From contig OZ037766.1 in NCBI GenBank assembly GCA_964035545.1, positions 4,144,722-4,208,721 of the forward strand: a stretch of DNA of 64,000 nt. Reading direction: 5' to 3'. The position numbers were made by a program, and so were the translations under genes. The notes beneath the pieces were generated by a model. It was not told the origin of the DNA and did no database searches. It worked only from the letters and a program-made list of their open reading frames with translations. Source of the stretch: Bugula neritina (taxonomy: Eukaryota > Animalia > Bryozoa). Each line of letters opens with the position of its first letter. Position 1 is the stretch's first letter. Positions 51,216-59,689 of the stretch are shown here, piece after piece.

Positions 51216-51248
51216 CACACCCCCTATCGGAAAGCATGCTTTCCGATA
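51216..51248 (-). other. Polypurine tract with an overlapping perfect 24-bp palindrome
   Basis: Minus strand GATAGGGGGTGTG directly before the 3' LTR; TATCGGAAAGCATGCTTTCCGATA at 51225-51248. Confidence 0.75.
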
Positions 51249-51424
51249 CGAGGGCGAATAATAACATAATAACAATGAGACAGACAATAAACAAAACAAA
51301 AAAAAGAAACAGAAGAGAGAGAACAAAGAAACAAAACAAAACAAAACACCAAGTACATAGTATAAGGGACAACGAATATGTATAACAGAGAATTGTCATG
51401 CCACCAGTCAGGGAGAGGCGGGTC

Positions 51425-54400
51425 TCACTCCCTCCATGTCCCATCGTCGTTGTCGGTCTGACGTCGTTCCAGCCGGATCAGTCGTCGTCGCAATTGTGTC
51501 AGATCTTCCTCACACCGTGCCACGCGGCGCCGTAAGTGGCGCACCTCCTCTTCTAGTTGCGGTCGGGAGCGGAGTGTGTTGCGCTCCGGGTGTTGTCTGT
51601 GCTCTGGGTGGTGTCTGCTTGCCGCCGAGGAGCGGGGGTCCAGGTCCGATGTACCGGGTCTGGCACCATCCCCGACCCTTGTCAGCATGACCCGAAGAGG
51701 CTGGGTGGCTGCTGGTTGGAGGGCGGCGGCGGGTTCTCCGTCTTCTTCTTGAATTGCTCTGCACGCCGGAAACCCTTGGCCGAGGGTGGCACGCTTGTGG
51801 GGGTCCGCGACGTGCGGCAGGATGAGGTCCCGGAACTCCGGAAATGTGGCCTGATCCACGGTGAACACGTGACCTGGGTGGCAGCGCGAGATGCGCTGGT
51901 GGCGCAGCACATAATCCCGCTGGTAGGAGTATTCGCCGCAAGGGCAGAATACGTTGATGAAATGTTGTGGGGCGTGAACACGCAACCGCCGGGAGGAGGA
52001 GAATTTCCTCCGACATTGCCGGCAGATGCGGTTGCCCGCTGCCCCGCATGCTTCACTAATCTTCTGATTAGTGTCGCGAGAGACCCAGGACTGGCGGGCG
52101 ACCAGTGCCTGGGGTAGAGCCAAGGTGGGGGTGTCACCGTCTTCAGCTCGAGTAGAGGAGGGCACACCGCATAGTATTCCCTGTTCCTCCCCGGCGGCTA
52201 ATTGTAGCTCAACTGGGTTGGCGACAGGGTCACTATTCATGGTGGATAGCACCTCAGTCCGGTCTGTGGCGACCCGCGGGCTGCAAGGAGCCGTCACGGG
52301 GGCTGGTGGAGGGGGGGAGTCGACTCGACTGACCTCCACCTCATCACACTCCATTGCAGTGTCTACAATAGACAGCAGAGGCCGAGTAAGGCCGGTCTCG
52401 CCGTCGCCGAAATTCGGCATCGCCTTATAGGGTACTTTGTGGGTGGTAGGGAGCCGAGGTGAGTCATGGAGAGTGACTGACCCTATGTCCTGGTCTAATA
52501 AAAACTCATTTAGAGAGTCTTCTCCAAAACTCACATCGACTTCCTCCGTTAATAAATTAGATTCTAACAAATCTAAACTAGCCCAATTAATTACAGTTGA
52601 GTCAGACTCCGGTACGGGAGGCTCTGACTCTAATGAAATACCTGTGTTTGTAGTGTTGTTACCGGGAAGAGTAATACCCATATCCAATTCGTGATTAATT
52701 CGATTACAAGTTTCAGCTTTAAAATTGCGTGTTACTAGTGGGTTAGTAGTAGTGCAAATGGCCGAGCCTCGTGTTTCAATATTTTTACCTGCTACGCGAT
52801 CGTGGGGAATTCCCATCGAGTTTTGAAGGGACAACTCAGACAATCGCGTGCCCTCCGAATTTCGGTTTGCAACTGTTCCTTTTTGTAGTGATTCTCCAGG
52901 AGGTTGGAAGAATTTACTAACTAAGGAGGAGTAATGGCCCTGGACAGATGGATTCCCACTTGGGGGGGGCAACCCTAGGTGTCCTATGTGATAGTCTGCC
53001 AGATATCTGGGTGGTTTCCTCGCTCGCTGGCTCCTTTCCAGCGGTGTGGGTGCTGGTGGTGCCAGTTGCTCCTCAGTTGCCACCGTAGGGGGGTCCCCGC
53101 CTTCACCCGTAATACGGGTGGGGGTGTCCTCCCCCCAGAGGGGTGGTGGCTCTGGGGCGTGTTGCTGCTGCTGCTCCTGCCTCTGTTGTTGTTCCAACTG
53201 TTCTCGTAGGGCAGCCTGCTCCTGCTCTGCCTCCCTTCGGATGACAATTTCCACCTCCCGGGGCCGGGTGGCTCTCCCCCGCTGGTTAGGCTGGCGGTTG
53301 GGCTCCAGGAGGGGTGGAGCCTGACCCACCGCGTCTGGGCTGGCATGGTATGGTTTCAGGCGCTGTTCGCTCTGGACTGAGACCTGTCCAGAGCGCTCCA
53401 CACGGTATGTGTGGTTGGCCAGCACCTCCACCACGCAGTAGGGACCCACGAACTTGGGCTGAAGTTTAGCCGACTGTCCGCGTCGCCTACGATAGCTCAC
53501 CATCCAGACCCAGTCTCCCACCTGATACAATGGGGGCTCTTCTGAGTCCTCTGTGCGGATCTGCCACTGCTGGGCCCGCAGTGCATCATGGGCTTTACCC
53601 ATGATCTCTGTCAGTCTTTCGACGTACTCATGTACCGGCGATTCGGGGGCGGGAACGTGGTATGTCAGGTGTTCCGGAACCCGCGTTTCCCGGCCTAGCA
53701 TCAGGAAGTTTGGGGTCTCCTGTGTGGTGGAGTGTGGTGTGCTGCGGTAAGCCCGCATGATTTGTGGCAGCACCACGTCCCATTCTTCCTGACCTCGACC
53801 AAGGAGCAGGCTCCTGAGGGCGTCACCCAACATCCTGTTGTTCCGCTCGACGACTCCGTTCCCTTGTGGGTGATATGGGGTGGTCCGACTCTGGTTCACC
53901 CCCCATATCCGGCAGAGGTCTCCCATGAGCTGGGACTGGAACTGGGCGCCCTGGTCCGTATGTATCTGCTCGGGCAAACCGAGGTAACAGAACACATGTT
54001 GGTCCAGGGTCCGGGCCACCGTGGGGGCAGTTGCGTCTGGGATAGCCAGAGCATCCGCCCACCGGGTAAAGTGGTCCGTGAGCACCAGTATCCAGGTGTT
54101 CCCTCTGGCGGATAACGGCATAGGCCCGACAAGGTCTACCGCCACTACTTGCCACGGTCGACCAGCGTACAGCCGGCGTCGACCAGTGGTTTCCGTGGGG
54201 CGGCCATGCTTGCTAGCTTGGCAGACCTCGCATTGCCGTACCCGCAGTCGTACGTCCCGAGTCATTCCGGGCCAATACCAACGCAGCCGCAGACACCTGA
54301 TGACCCGACTGACTCCAGAATGAGCCTGCTTATGGGTGTCCCAGATCAGTTCCCGTCGGAGGGCGCGTGGACAGACGACGCGGTCCCTCTCCTGCTGACG

Positions 54401-57382
54401 GTTGTCTGCTGCTAACGTTATCATCAGGAGGCCATCAGGACTGACCTTGAGGGCATCCCAGCGACGACAGAGGAGTTGGAACTCAACGTCTCCCTGCCGC
54501 TGCTGTTCCTCGCTAGGTCGTCGGCCCTCCTTCTTGGCCCGGAAAATGTCCGCTACCGGGCCGGGTAGCGTCTCCTGGAGTCGGCACAGCTCCTTGACAT
54601 TCTGGTACAGAGTGGGGTTGGCGTGAAGCGCCTGGACGTCGTCTGAGTGGGTTTCGGTCCGAAGATGGCCGTGCTCCCACCGATAGACGGCGCCCTCCCC
54701 TAACTCTGTTTCCACGTCAAGGCGAGCGGGTCCCCCGTCCCGTTTTTCAATGTGCAGGCATTGCTTACAGTCCTCTACCGGCCGGCGGCTCATGCCGTCG
54801 GCGTTTCCGTGCTTCCGGCCAGCACGGTGTTCTATCCGGTAAGAGAACTCGGCAAGAATCTCTAGCCAACGAGCTACCTGGCTCGAGGGCTCCGCACGTT
54901 TACACAGCCATATCAGTGATGCATGGTCTGTTCGCAAACGGAACGTTCTCCCATACAGATATGGCCGAAAGTGTTTGACCGCCTTGACTACTGCTAGGAG
55001 TTCCTTCCTAGTGGTGCAGTAGTTCTTCTCGGCGGCCGCGAGAGTCTTGCTGTAGTAAGCCACGACCACCTCACTTCCACCCTGGACTTGAGACAGGACA
55101 GCTCCCACGCTGTGGTCACTGGCGTCGGTGTCCAGGATGTACTCCTTGGCTGGATCAGGATACGCCAGAATTGGCGCCTCCATTAGCCGTTGCTTGAGGT
55201 GGTCGAATGCCTGCTGCTCCTCCTGCGTCCACTGCCACCGGACCCCTTTTGCGGTCAGCCGATTTAACGGCTGAGCCACTCCTGCGAAGCCAGGTATGTA
55301 CTGCCGGTAGTACCCTACTAGGCCCAAGAATGCGCGCAACTCAGGGAGGTCACGGGGGACAGTCCACTGCTTCACAGCCTGTACCTTCTCTGGGTCGGTA
55401 GCGACCCCATCACGGCCCACCACATGGCCCAGGTACGTGACTTCCGGCTGCAAGAGTGCACACTTGGAGGGCTTCAGCTTGAGTCCAGCTGCCCGGAGGC
55501 GGTCAAAGACCTCCCGCAGACGACTGACATGAGTCGAAAAGTCTGGCGAGATGACAATGACGTCGTCCAGATAGATGAGGAGGGTCTTCCAGTGTAATCC
55601 ACTGAGGACCTGCTCCATGAGCCGTTGGAAAGTTGCCGGGGCGGACGTTAGTCCAAATGGCAGTACTTTCCACTTCCAGAGCCCGTCGCGAGTAATGAAT
55701 GCTGCTTTGTCCTGGGCATCAGGACTGAGAGGCACTTGCCAGTACCCGCTAAGCAGATCCAAAGTACTGAAGTACTTGCTACCCGCGAGGGCATCCAGAG
55801 ACTCATCTATCCGTGGGAGAGGGTAGGCGTCTTGGATGGTAACGCTGTTGAGTCTGCGGTAGTCCACACAGAACCTCCAGCTACCATCTTTCTTCTTGAC
55901 CAGGACTACTGGAGAGCTCCACGCACCGTGGGCAGGCTCAATCAGATCCCGGTCGAGAAGATCCTGTACCTGTCGGCTCACCTCCTTCTCCTTCTCCGGG
56001 CCTAGACGCCGGGTAGGCTGCCTGATGGGAGTGGTGCCGGCTGCCAGGGGTATCTCGTGGGAGATGACCTTGGTCAGCCCCATGTCTCTATCTCCACGAC
56101 TGAAGACATCACTGTACTCCGCAAGTAGTTGAGCCAGTACTTGGCGTTCAGTACTACTTGTACAGTTTCCACACGCCCCATCATACAGGTCAGCCATATG
56201 CTCCGGGACTGCTCCTCGTCTGGTGTGAGGGGGGTTCCCCTGGGTGTCGGCCACTGTCTCCAGTGCCGGACCCACATCCGCTTCCTGAATGGAGTGGTAC
56301 TTCCCCACCAGCGCTCCAGCCGATAATCGGACAGGTTCCGTGAAGGGGTTGATGCACTGCACGAGGAGCTCCTGCCGACAATCTAGCCGATTCAGGCTGT
56401 TTGCTAGTCGGATCGCTCCGTGCGTTCCCTCAACCACCCCCAGGCCGGCGATCCCCTTGCAGTTGACTCTGCAGCGAAGAGTCGCCTGGGATCTTCCCGG
56501 AACCGTGCAGTCCCGCACTACCTGGACTCCGCCCACCAAGGGCCTTCCGAACTTGTCGACGCAGACAAGCTCCTTCCCAGCCATCACCACCACTGACTTC
56601 TGGAAATCCATGTGACACTGGTGTTTCTCCAGAAACGGCATTCCCAGGATGGCGTCCTCCTTCAGCTGGCTGACTATGAACGTCTCGTGAATTGCTTGAT
56701 CACGGACGCGTCCAGGTAGTGAAATGACGCCGTAGAAAGGAATGCATGATCCGTCCGCCAACGTACCATGCGCACCTTCATACGGCTCGAGGCTCGCCCG
56801 CTCTCGTGCACCAAGAGTGTCAAAGAGACGCCTACTCAGCAGGTTGGTAGTGCACCCAGTATCCAGTAGGAATGTGGCAGCTTTACCCGAAATCTTTCCG
56901 GGCAGAAAGTAGCTGCTTCCATACGGCTGGGCGCTCCTGGAGCGGTCAGTCTCTGGGGGAGACACAACTTGGGTCCGCACAGCGGGCCTCCTCTTTGTCT
57001 TAGAGACAACGGGGGTTTTCTGAGGTCGGGAGGGTAGCTTGGGGTACTCTTGCGAGTAAGCTGAATCCTCCTCCACAACCTCCTCGGGCAACCCCGCGAA
57101 CCGGTTCTGGAGTGGCCAGGCCGGAGGATCGGGTAGACCTTGCGGTCTCCGAGATCTCCGAGGTGCCTGCCATCCTGCTTCTTCTAGCTGCATCCGGGTC
57201 TCGAGTGACACGGCCGGAGGATCGGGTAGACCTTGCGGTCTCCGAGGTCTCCGTGGCCTCTGCCACTCGGTATCGGCAGACCCTGTGGAGGTCTCTTCTT
57301 CTCCTCTTCGAGTCCTATCCCGGATGGGATTGGCGTGAGGCCCACGGTTGGCGGAAGTTACCGTGAGCCTTGGGTGTTTAAA
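51425..57382 (-). CDS. pol: Gypsy pol (protease, RT, RNase H, integrase) with an about 520-aa C-terminal extension (acidic region, C2H2 zinc fingers, coiled coil); entered by -1 frameshift
   Basis: LLDTGC (protease); LPFGL and YLDD (RT); DTDASD, NYCTTRKELLA, TDH (RNase H); H-x3-H...CEVC, VDLVG, HTDQG, NGVVER, GPY (integrase). The frame is open from the slippery site at 57382 to the stop at 51425. Confidence 0.96.
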   Translation of the reverse strand, partial: FKHPRLTVTSANRGPHANPIRDRTRRGEEETSTGSADTEWQRPRRPRRPQGLPDPPAVSLETRMQLEEAGWQAPRRSRRPQGLPDPPAWPLQNRFAGLPEEVVEEDSAYSQEYPKLPSRPQKTPVVSKTKRRPAVRTQVVSPPETDRSRSAQPYGSSYFLPGKISGKAATFLLDTGCTTNLLSRRLFDTLGARERASLEPYEGAHGTLADGSCIPFYGVISLPGRVRDQAIHETFIVSQLKEDAILGMPFLEKHQCHMDFQKSVVVMAGKELVCVDKFGRPLVGGVQVVRDCTVPGRSQATLRCRVNCKGIAGLGVVEGTHGAIRLANSLNRLDCRQELLVQCINPFTEPVRLSAGALVGKYHSIQEADVGPALETVADTQGNPPHTRRGAVPEHMADLYDGACGNCTSSTERQVLAQLLAEYSDVFSRGDRDMGLTKVISHEIPLAAGTTPIRQPTRRLGPEKEKEVSRQVQDLLDRDLIEPAHGAWSSPVVLVKKKDGSWRFCVDYRRLNSVTIQDAYPLPRIDESLDALAGSKYFSTLDLLSGYWQVPLSPDAQDKAAFITRDGLWKWKVLPFGLTSAPATFQRLMEQVLSGLHWKTLLIYLDDVIVISPDFSTHVSRLREVFDRLRAAGLKLKPSKCALLQPEVTYLGHVVGRDGVATDPEKVQAVKQWTVPRDLPELRAFLGLVGYYRQYIPGFAGVAQPLNRLTAKGVRWQWTQEEQQAFDHLKQRLMEAPILAYPDPAKEYILDTDASDHSVGAVLSQVQGGSEVVVAYYSKTLAAAEKNYCTTRKELLAVVKAVKHFRPYLYGRTFRLRTDHASLIWLCKRAEPSSQVARWLEILAEFSYRIEHRAGRKHGNADGMSRRPVEDCKQCLHIEKRDGGPARLDVETELGEGAVYRWEHGHLRTETHSDDVQALHANPTLYQNVKELCRLQETLPGPVADIFRAKKEGRRPSEEQQRQGDVEFQLLCRRWDALKVSPDGLLMITLAADNRQQERDRVVCPRALRRELIWDTHKQAHSGVSRVIRCLRLRWYWPGMTRDVRLRVRQCEVCQASKHGRPTETTGRRRLYAGRPWQVVAVDLVGPMPLSARGNTWILVLTDHFTRWADALAIPDATAPTVARTLDQHVFCYLGLPEQIHTDQGAQFQSQLMGDLCRIWGVNQSRTTPYHPQGNGVVERNNRMLGDALRSLLLGRGQEEWDVVLPQIMRAYRSTPHSTTQETPNFLMLGRETRVPEHLTYHVPAPESPVHEYVERLTEIMGKAHDALRAQQWQIRTEDSEEPPLYQVGDWVWMVSYRRRRGQSAKLQPKFVGPYCVVEVLANHTYRVERSGQVSVQSEQRLKPYHASPDAVGQAPPLLEPNRQPNQRGRATRPREVEIVIRREAEQEQAALREQLEQQQRQEQQQQHAPEPPPLWGEDTPTRITGEGGDPPTVATEEQLAPPAPTPLERSQRARKPPRYLADYHIGHLGLPPPSGNPSVQGHYSSLVSKFFQPPGESLQKGTVANRNSEGTRLSELSLQNSMGIPHDRVAGKNIETRGSAICTTTNPLVTRNFKAETCNRINHELDMGITLPGNNTTNTGISLESEPPVPESDSTVINWASLDLLESNLLTEEVDVSFGEDSLNEFLLDQDIGSVTLHDSPRLPTTHKVPYKAMPNFGDGETGLTRPLLSIVDTAMECDEVEVSRVDSPPPPAPVTAPCSPRVATDRTEVLSTMNSDPVANPVELQLAAGEEQGILCGVPSSTRAEDGDTPTLALPQALVARQSWVSRDTNQKISEACGAAGNRICRQCRRKFSSSRRLRVHAPQHFINVFCPCGEYSYQRDYVLRHQRISRCHPGHVFTVDQATFPEFRDLILPHVADPHKRATLGQGFPACRAIQEEDGEPAAALQPAATQPLRVMLTRVGDGARPGTSDLDPRSSAASRHHPEHRQHPERNTLRSRPQLEEEVRHLRRRVARCEEDLTQLRRRLIRLERRQTDNDDGTWRE
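57339..57382 (-). promoter_or_regulatory. Programmed -1 ribosomal frameshift signal (U UUA AAC plus 10-bp stem-loop)
   Basis: Gag frame ccT TTA AAC (57376-57382), 6-nt spacer, then stem GGCUCACGGU/ACCGUGGGCC (57339-57369) containing the gag UAA; pol is in the -1 frame and open from here. Confidence 0.88.
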
Positions 57383-58263
57383 GGCCCTTGGCCTCTAGGG
57401 CAGTGCCTCCTCACATGCCCTTGCACCCCGCACCCCCAACAGGTTAGTAGAGATGGGCGGACAGGGTTGTCCCGTGAACGGGGAGCCCGCCTATCCGCCT
57501 GTTCGCTCTGCAACTTCGTCACTGTAGCCTGCAGGCCTTTCATCATGTCCATTAACATGGTGAGCTGCGTCTGCTCGAGTGATTTAGTTGCTGCGGCCGC
57601 TACTTGGGGTTTAGCAGGCAGGGCGGTCTCCTCATCGACCACCTGGCGGGCGGCGAATCTTGGTCCTTGAAGCTCTTCTACCTGGAAATAGGCTTTACCC
57701 GTTTCCAGAGCTTCGTCCAGGCTGCCCACCTTGCCAGCCATCCAATAGCGTTGGAGGTCAGGATGATTTATACTCCGGAAAAACGCGTTGTACACCAGGC
57801 GCTGTCTTTCCGTTCCGGTAGCCTGGCTGAAAGCAGCCTGGGCCAAGCGTTCCACCACGTTGGCGTGGTCCTCCAATGATGTCCTCCTGTCCCTTCTCAG
57901 GGCCTGTAGGCGGTCAGACGCCTCCTCTGACGTCATGCCAAACCTGGCCCTTAGGGCACGTAAGATGTGTGCTTCATCGGGCCCCAGAGCGAAACTCTTG
58001 GCCCGGCCTGTCAAACAGGCCCGGAGTTGGAGGACGCGCACCGGCACTGGCCATTCAGCGATGGTGGCCACGTCCTGGAACTCCCGGATGAATTGCTCCA
58101 CATCCCCATCACCTCCAAAAGTTGGGGGACTGAGGCGGTACCTGTCACCAGGTGGCGCCTGCCCTGTCCCCTGCAACTTTCGGAGGGCTGTCACCAAAGC
58201 CTCCACAGTGAGGGTTGGTGTCGCGGCTGCTCCAGGGGTTGCCTCCTCACCCCCTGGAGCCAT
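57358..58263 (-). CDS. gag: Gypsy gag (capsid-like region plus CCHC zinc knuckle), 301 aa
   Basis: PPTFGGDGDVEQFIREF...W...LTGRA...LRARFG capsid-like signature; CWGCGVQGHVRRHC knuckle. Confidence 0.94.
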   Translation of the reverse strand: MAPGGEEATPGAAATPTLTVEALVTALRKLQGTGQAPPGDRYRLSPPTFGGDGDVEQFIREFQDVATIAEWPVPVRVLQLRACLTGRAKSFALGPDEAHILRALRARFGMTSEEASDRLQALRRDRRTSLEDHANVVERLAQAAFSQATGTERQRLVYNAFFRSINHPDLQRYWMAGKVGSLDEALETGKAYFQVEELQGPRFAARQVVDEETALPAKPQVAAAATKSLEQTQLTMLMDMMKGLQATVTKLQSEQADRRAPRSRDNPVRPSLLTCWGCGVQGHVRRHCPRGQGPLNTQGSR

Positions 58264-58288
58264 CTTGTTCTTCTTACACTAGTATTCA

Positions 58289-58308
58289 GAATCCCACCGC
58301 TGCCACCA
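58289..58308 (-). other. Primer binding site complementary to the 3' end of tRNA-Leu
   Basis: Minus strand TGGTGGCAGCGGTGGGATTC, 1 nt after the 5' LTR; complementary to ...GAATCCCACCGCTGCCACCA, the 3' end of metazoan tRNA-Leu(AAG/TAG) as recalled. Confidence 0.9.
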
Positions 58309-58309
58309 A

Positions 58310-58658
58310 TGTGATAAACTTGTGGGTTGAATGTAACTTAGTGCAGAACAAGATAGGTTGAAGTAGTAGAGTTCCAAATGTTTATTATAGTATAAAAATA
58401 ATGTCAACTTGTCTAGGCGAGCTCCAGTAGTAGACTGGCTTAACACCGTAACTCGCCTGCTTTTATATACAGCGAACAAAAGAACATAAAACAAAGAATC
58501 TTTTGTGTGTGTGGCCCGAAGTTCGGTAGCTCCGAAATTCGGCAGGCCCGAAGATCGGGGGAACCGATCTTCGGTCAAGCCGAAACTCGGAACTCCGAAT
58601 TTCGGACCCCAATTAACATTATTGAACAAAAGAACAAACCAAGGCATAATCTATCACA
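58310..58658 (-). repeat. 5' LTR
   Basis: Identical to 50867-51215; adjoins the PBS. Confidence 0.97.
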
Positions 58659-59689
58659 ATATATTCAGTATAGATCTAGATGTTGAAAGTATTAAAAATT
58701 CTATTGAATACCAATATAAAGAATTAAACCCAATCAACATGATAATCACTAACAGAGTCAATGAAATTCTCATTTTTAGTCTAAGAATAAAAATAAACTT
58801 TGGTATGGGAGTAAATCTCAATGACATTTAGTCACAGTGAGTAAATTACTGTGTTTGATTTCAATAAAATATATGATTTGATTAATAATTTAATTAAATG
58901 AATGAGATAATCACCATAGTTAGTATTCATTAAACAACTCATTTAAAGTAAGTGACTGTTAAATCACTTATAAAATAGTAGCATGCTGTATCATGTTAGT
59001 GTATGGAGATATTTTTATTTTCTATTGTTTCTTATAATTTTTTGCAATAACTTTCGTAAATATGCTAGCTGCATTCTAGATAACAGTACTACAGGGGGAG
59101 GGGGAGGGAGGGGGCAAAGAACTTTTAAGAAATTGACATATTATGCTTCAGTTTAATTTTTTAACCAGCATTAGAATGATAAATCTAGAAGTGAATTAGC
59201 TAAATCTGTGTTTTTTACTATAAAACTTATATAAAGTTAGTGTTGTTTTAGCTCACTGCATATTGATTTTAATATGTTGCAATGAAACATATTGTTTACT
59301 AATTTTATTGAATAAAAGACTTCTTTGACTAAGAAATGCTGCAGCATTTTTTATTTAATATACTTTCAAGTAAATGGGAAGTATTTACTAATACATGATA
59401 AAAATTATGTGCAAATATTTGTCAATAAAGGGAAGAAATAAATTGCTTTAAAGTTTTTAATGCTAAATACAAATGGTATTTTGCTTACAACAGATGAAAT
59501 TTCTTTTGGATTCTGCATAAACCAACTTTAGTAATTTATGTACTCATAGCTCTGAACAACTTATACTTTTATAAAACAGTTGATTCTGGTGTTGTTGGGC
59601 CTCAAGTTTGCGTTTGCAATTTGTAAATTACTCTTTAAATAGATTGATGATCAGGTATTGGAAGTTAATGGTTTAACGCTGTGAGGGTA

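Larger units (their letters stand above)
50867..58658 (-). mobile_element. Full-length intact Ty3/Gypsy LTR retrotransposon (7792 bp)
   Basis: Two 349-bp LTRs, identical by eye, with TGTGATA...TATCACA termini; 4-bp ATAT duplication (50863-50866 and 58659-58662); PBS; PPT; open gag and pol in PR-RT-RH-IN order. Confidence 0.98.

Noticed and set aside
51425-52990. Pol extension as an env gene or chromodomain
   Set aside because: No signal peptide, transmembrane helix or chromodomain aromatic pattern; cysteines fit zinc fingers instead
51436-58314. Many short alternative-frame and antisense ORFs inside the retrotransposon
   Set aside because: Expected by-products of GC-rich gag/pol sequence; no recognisable domains
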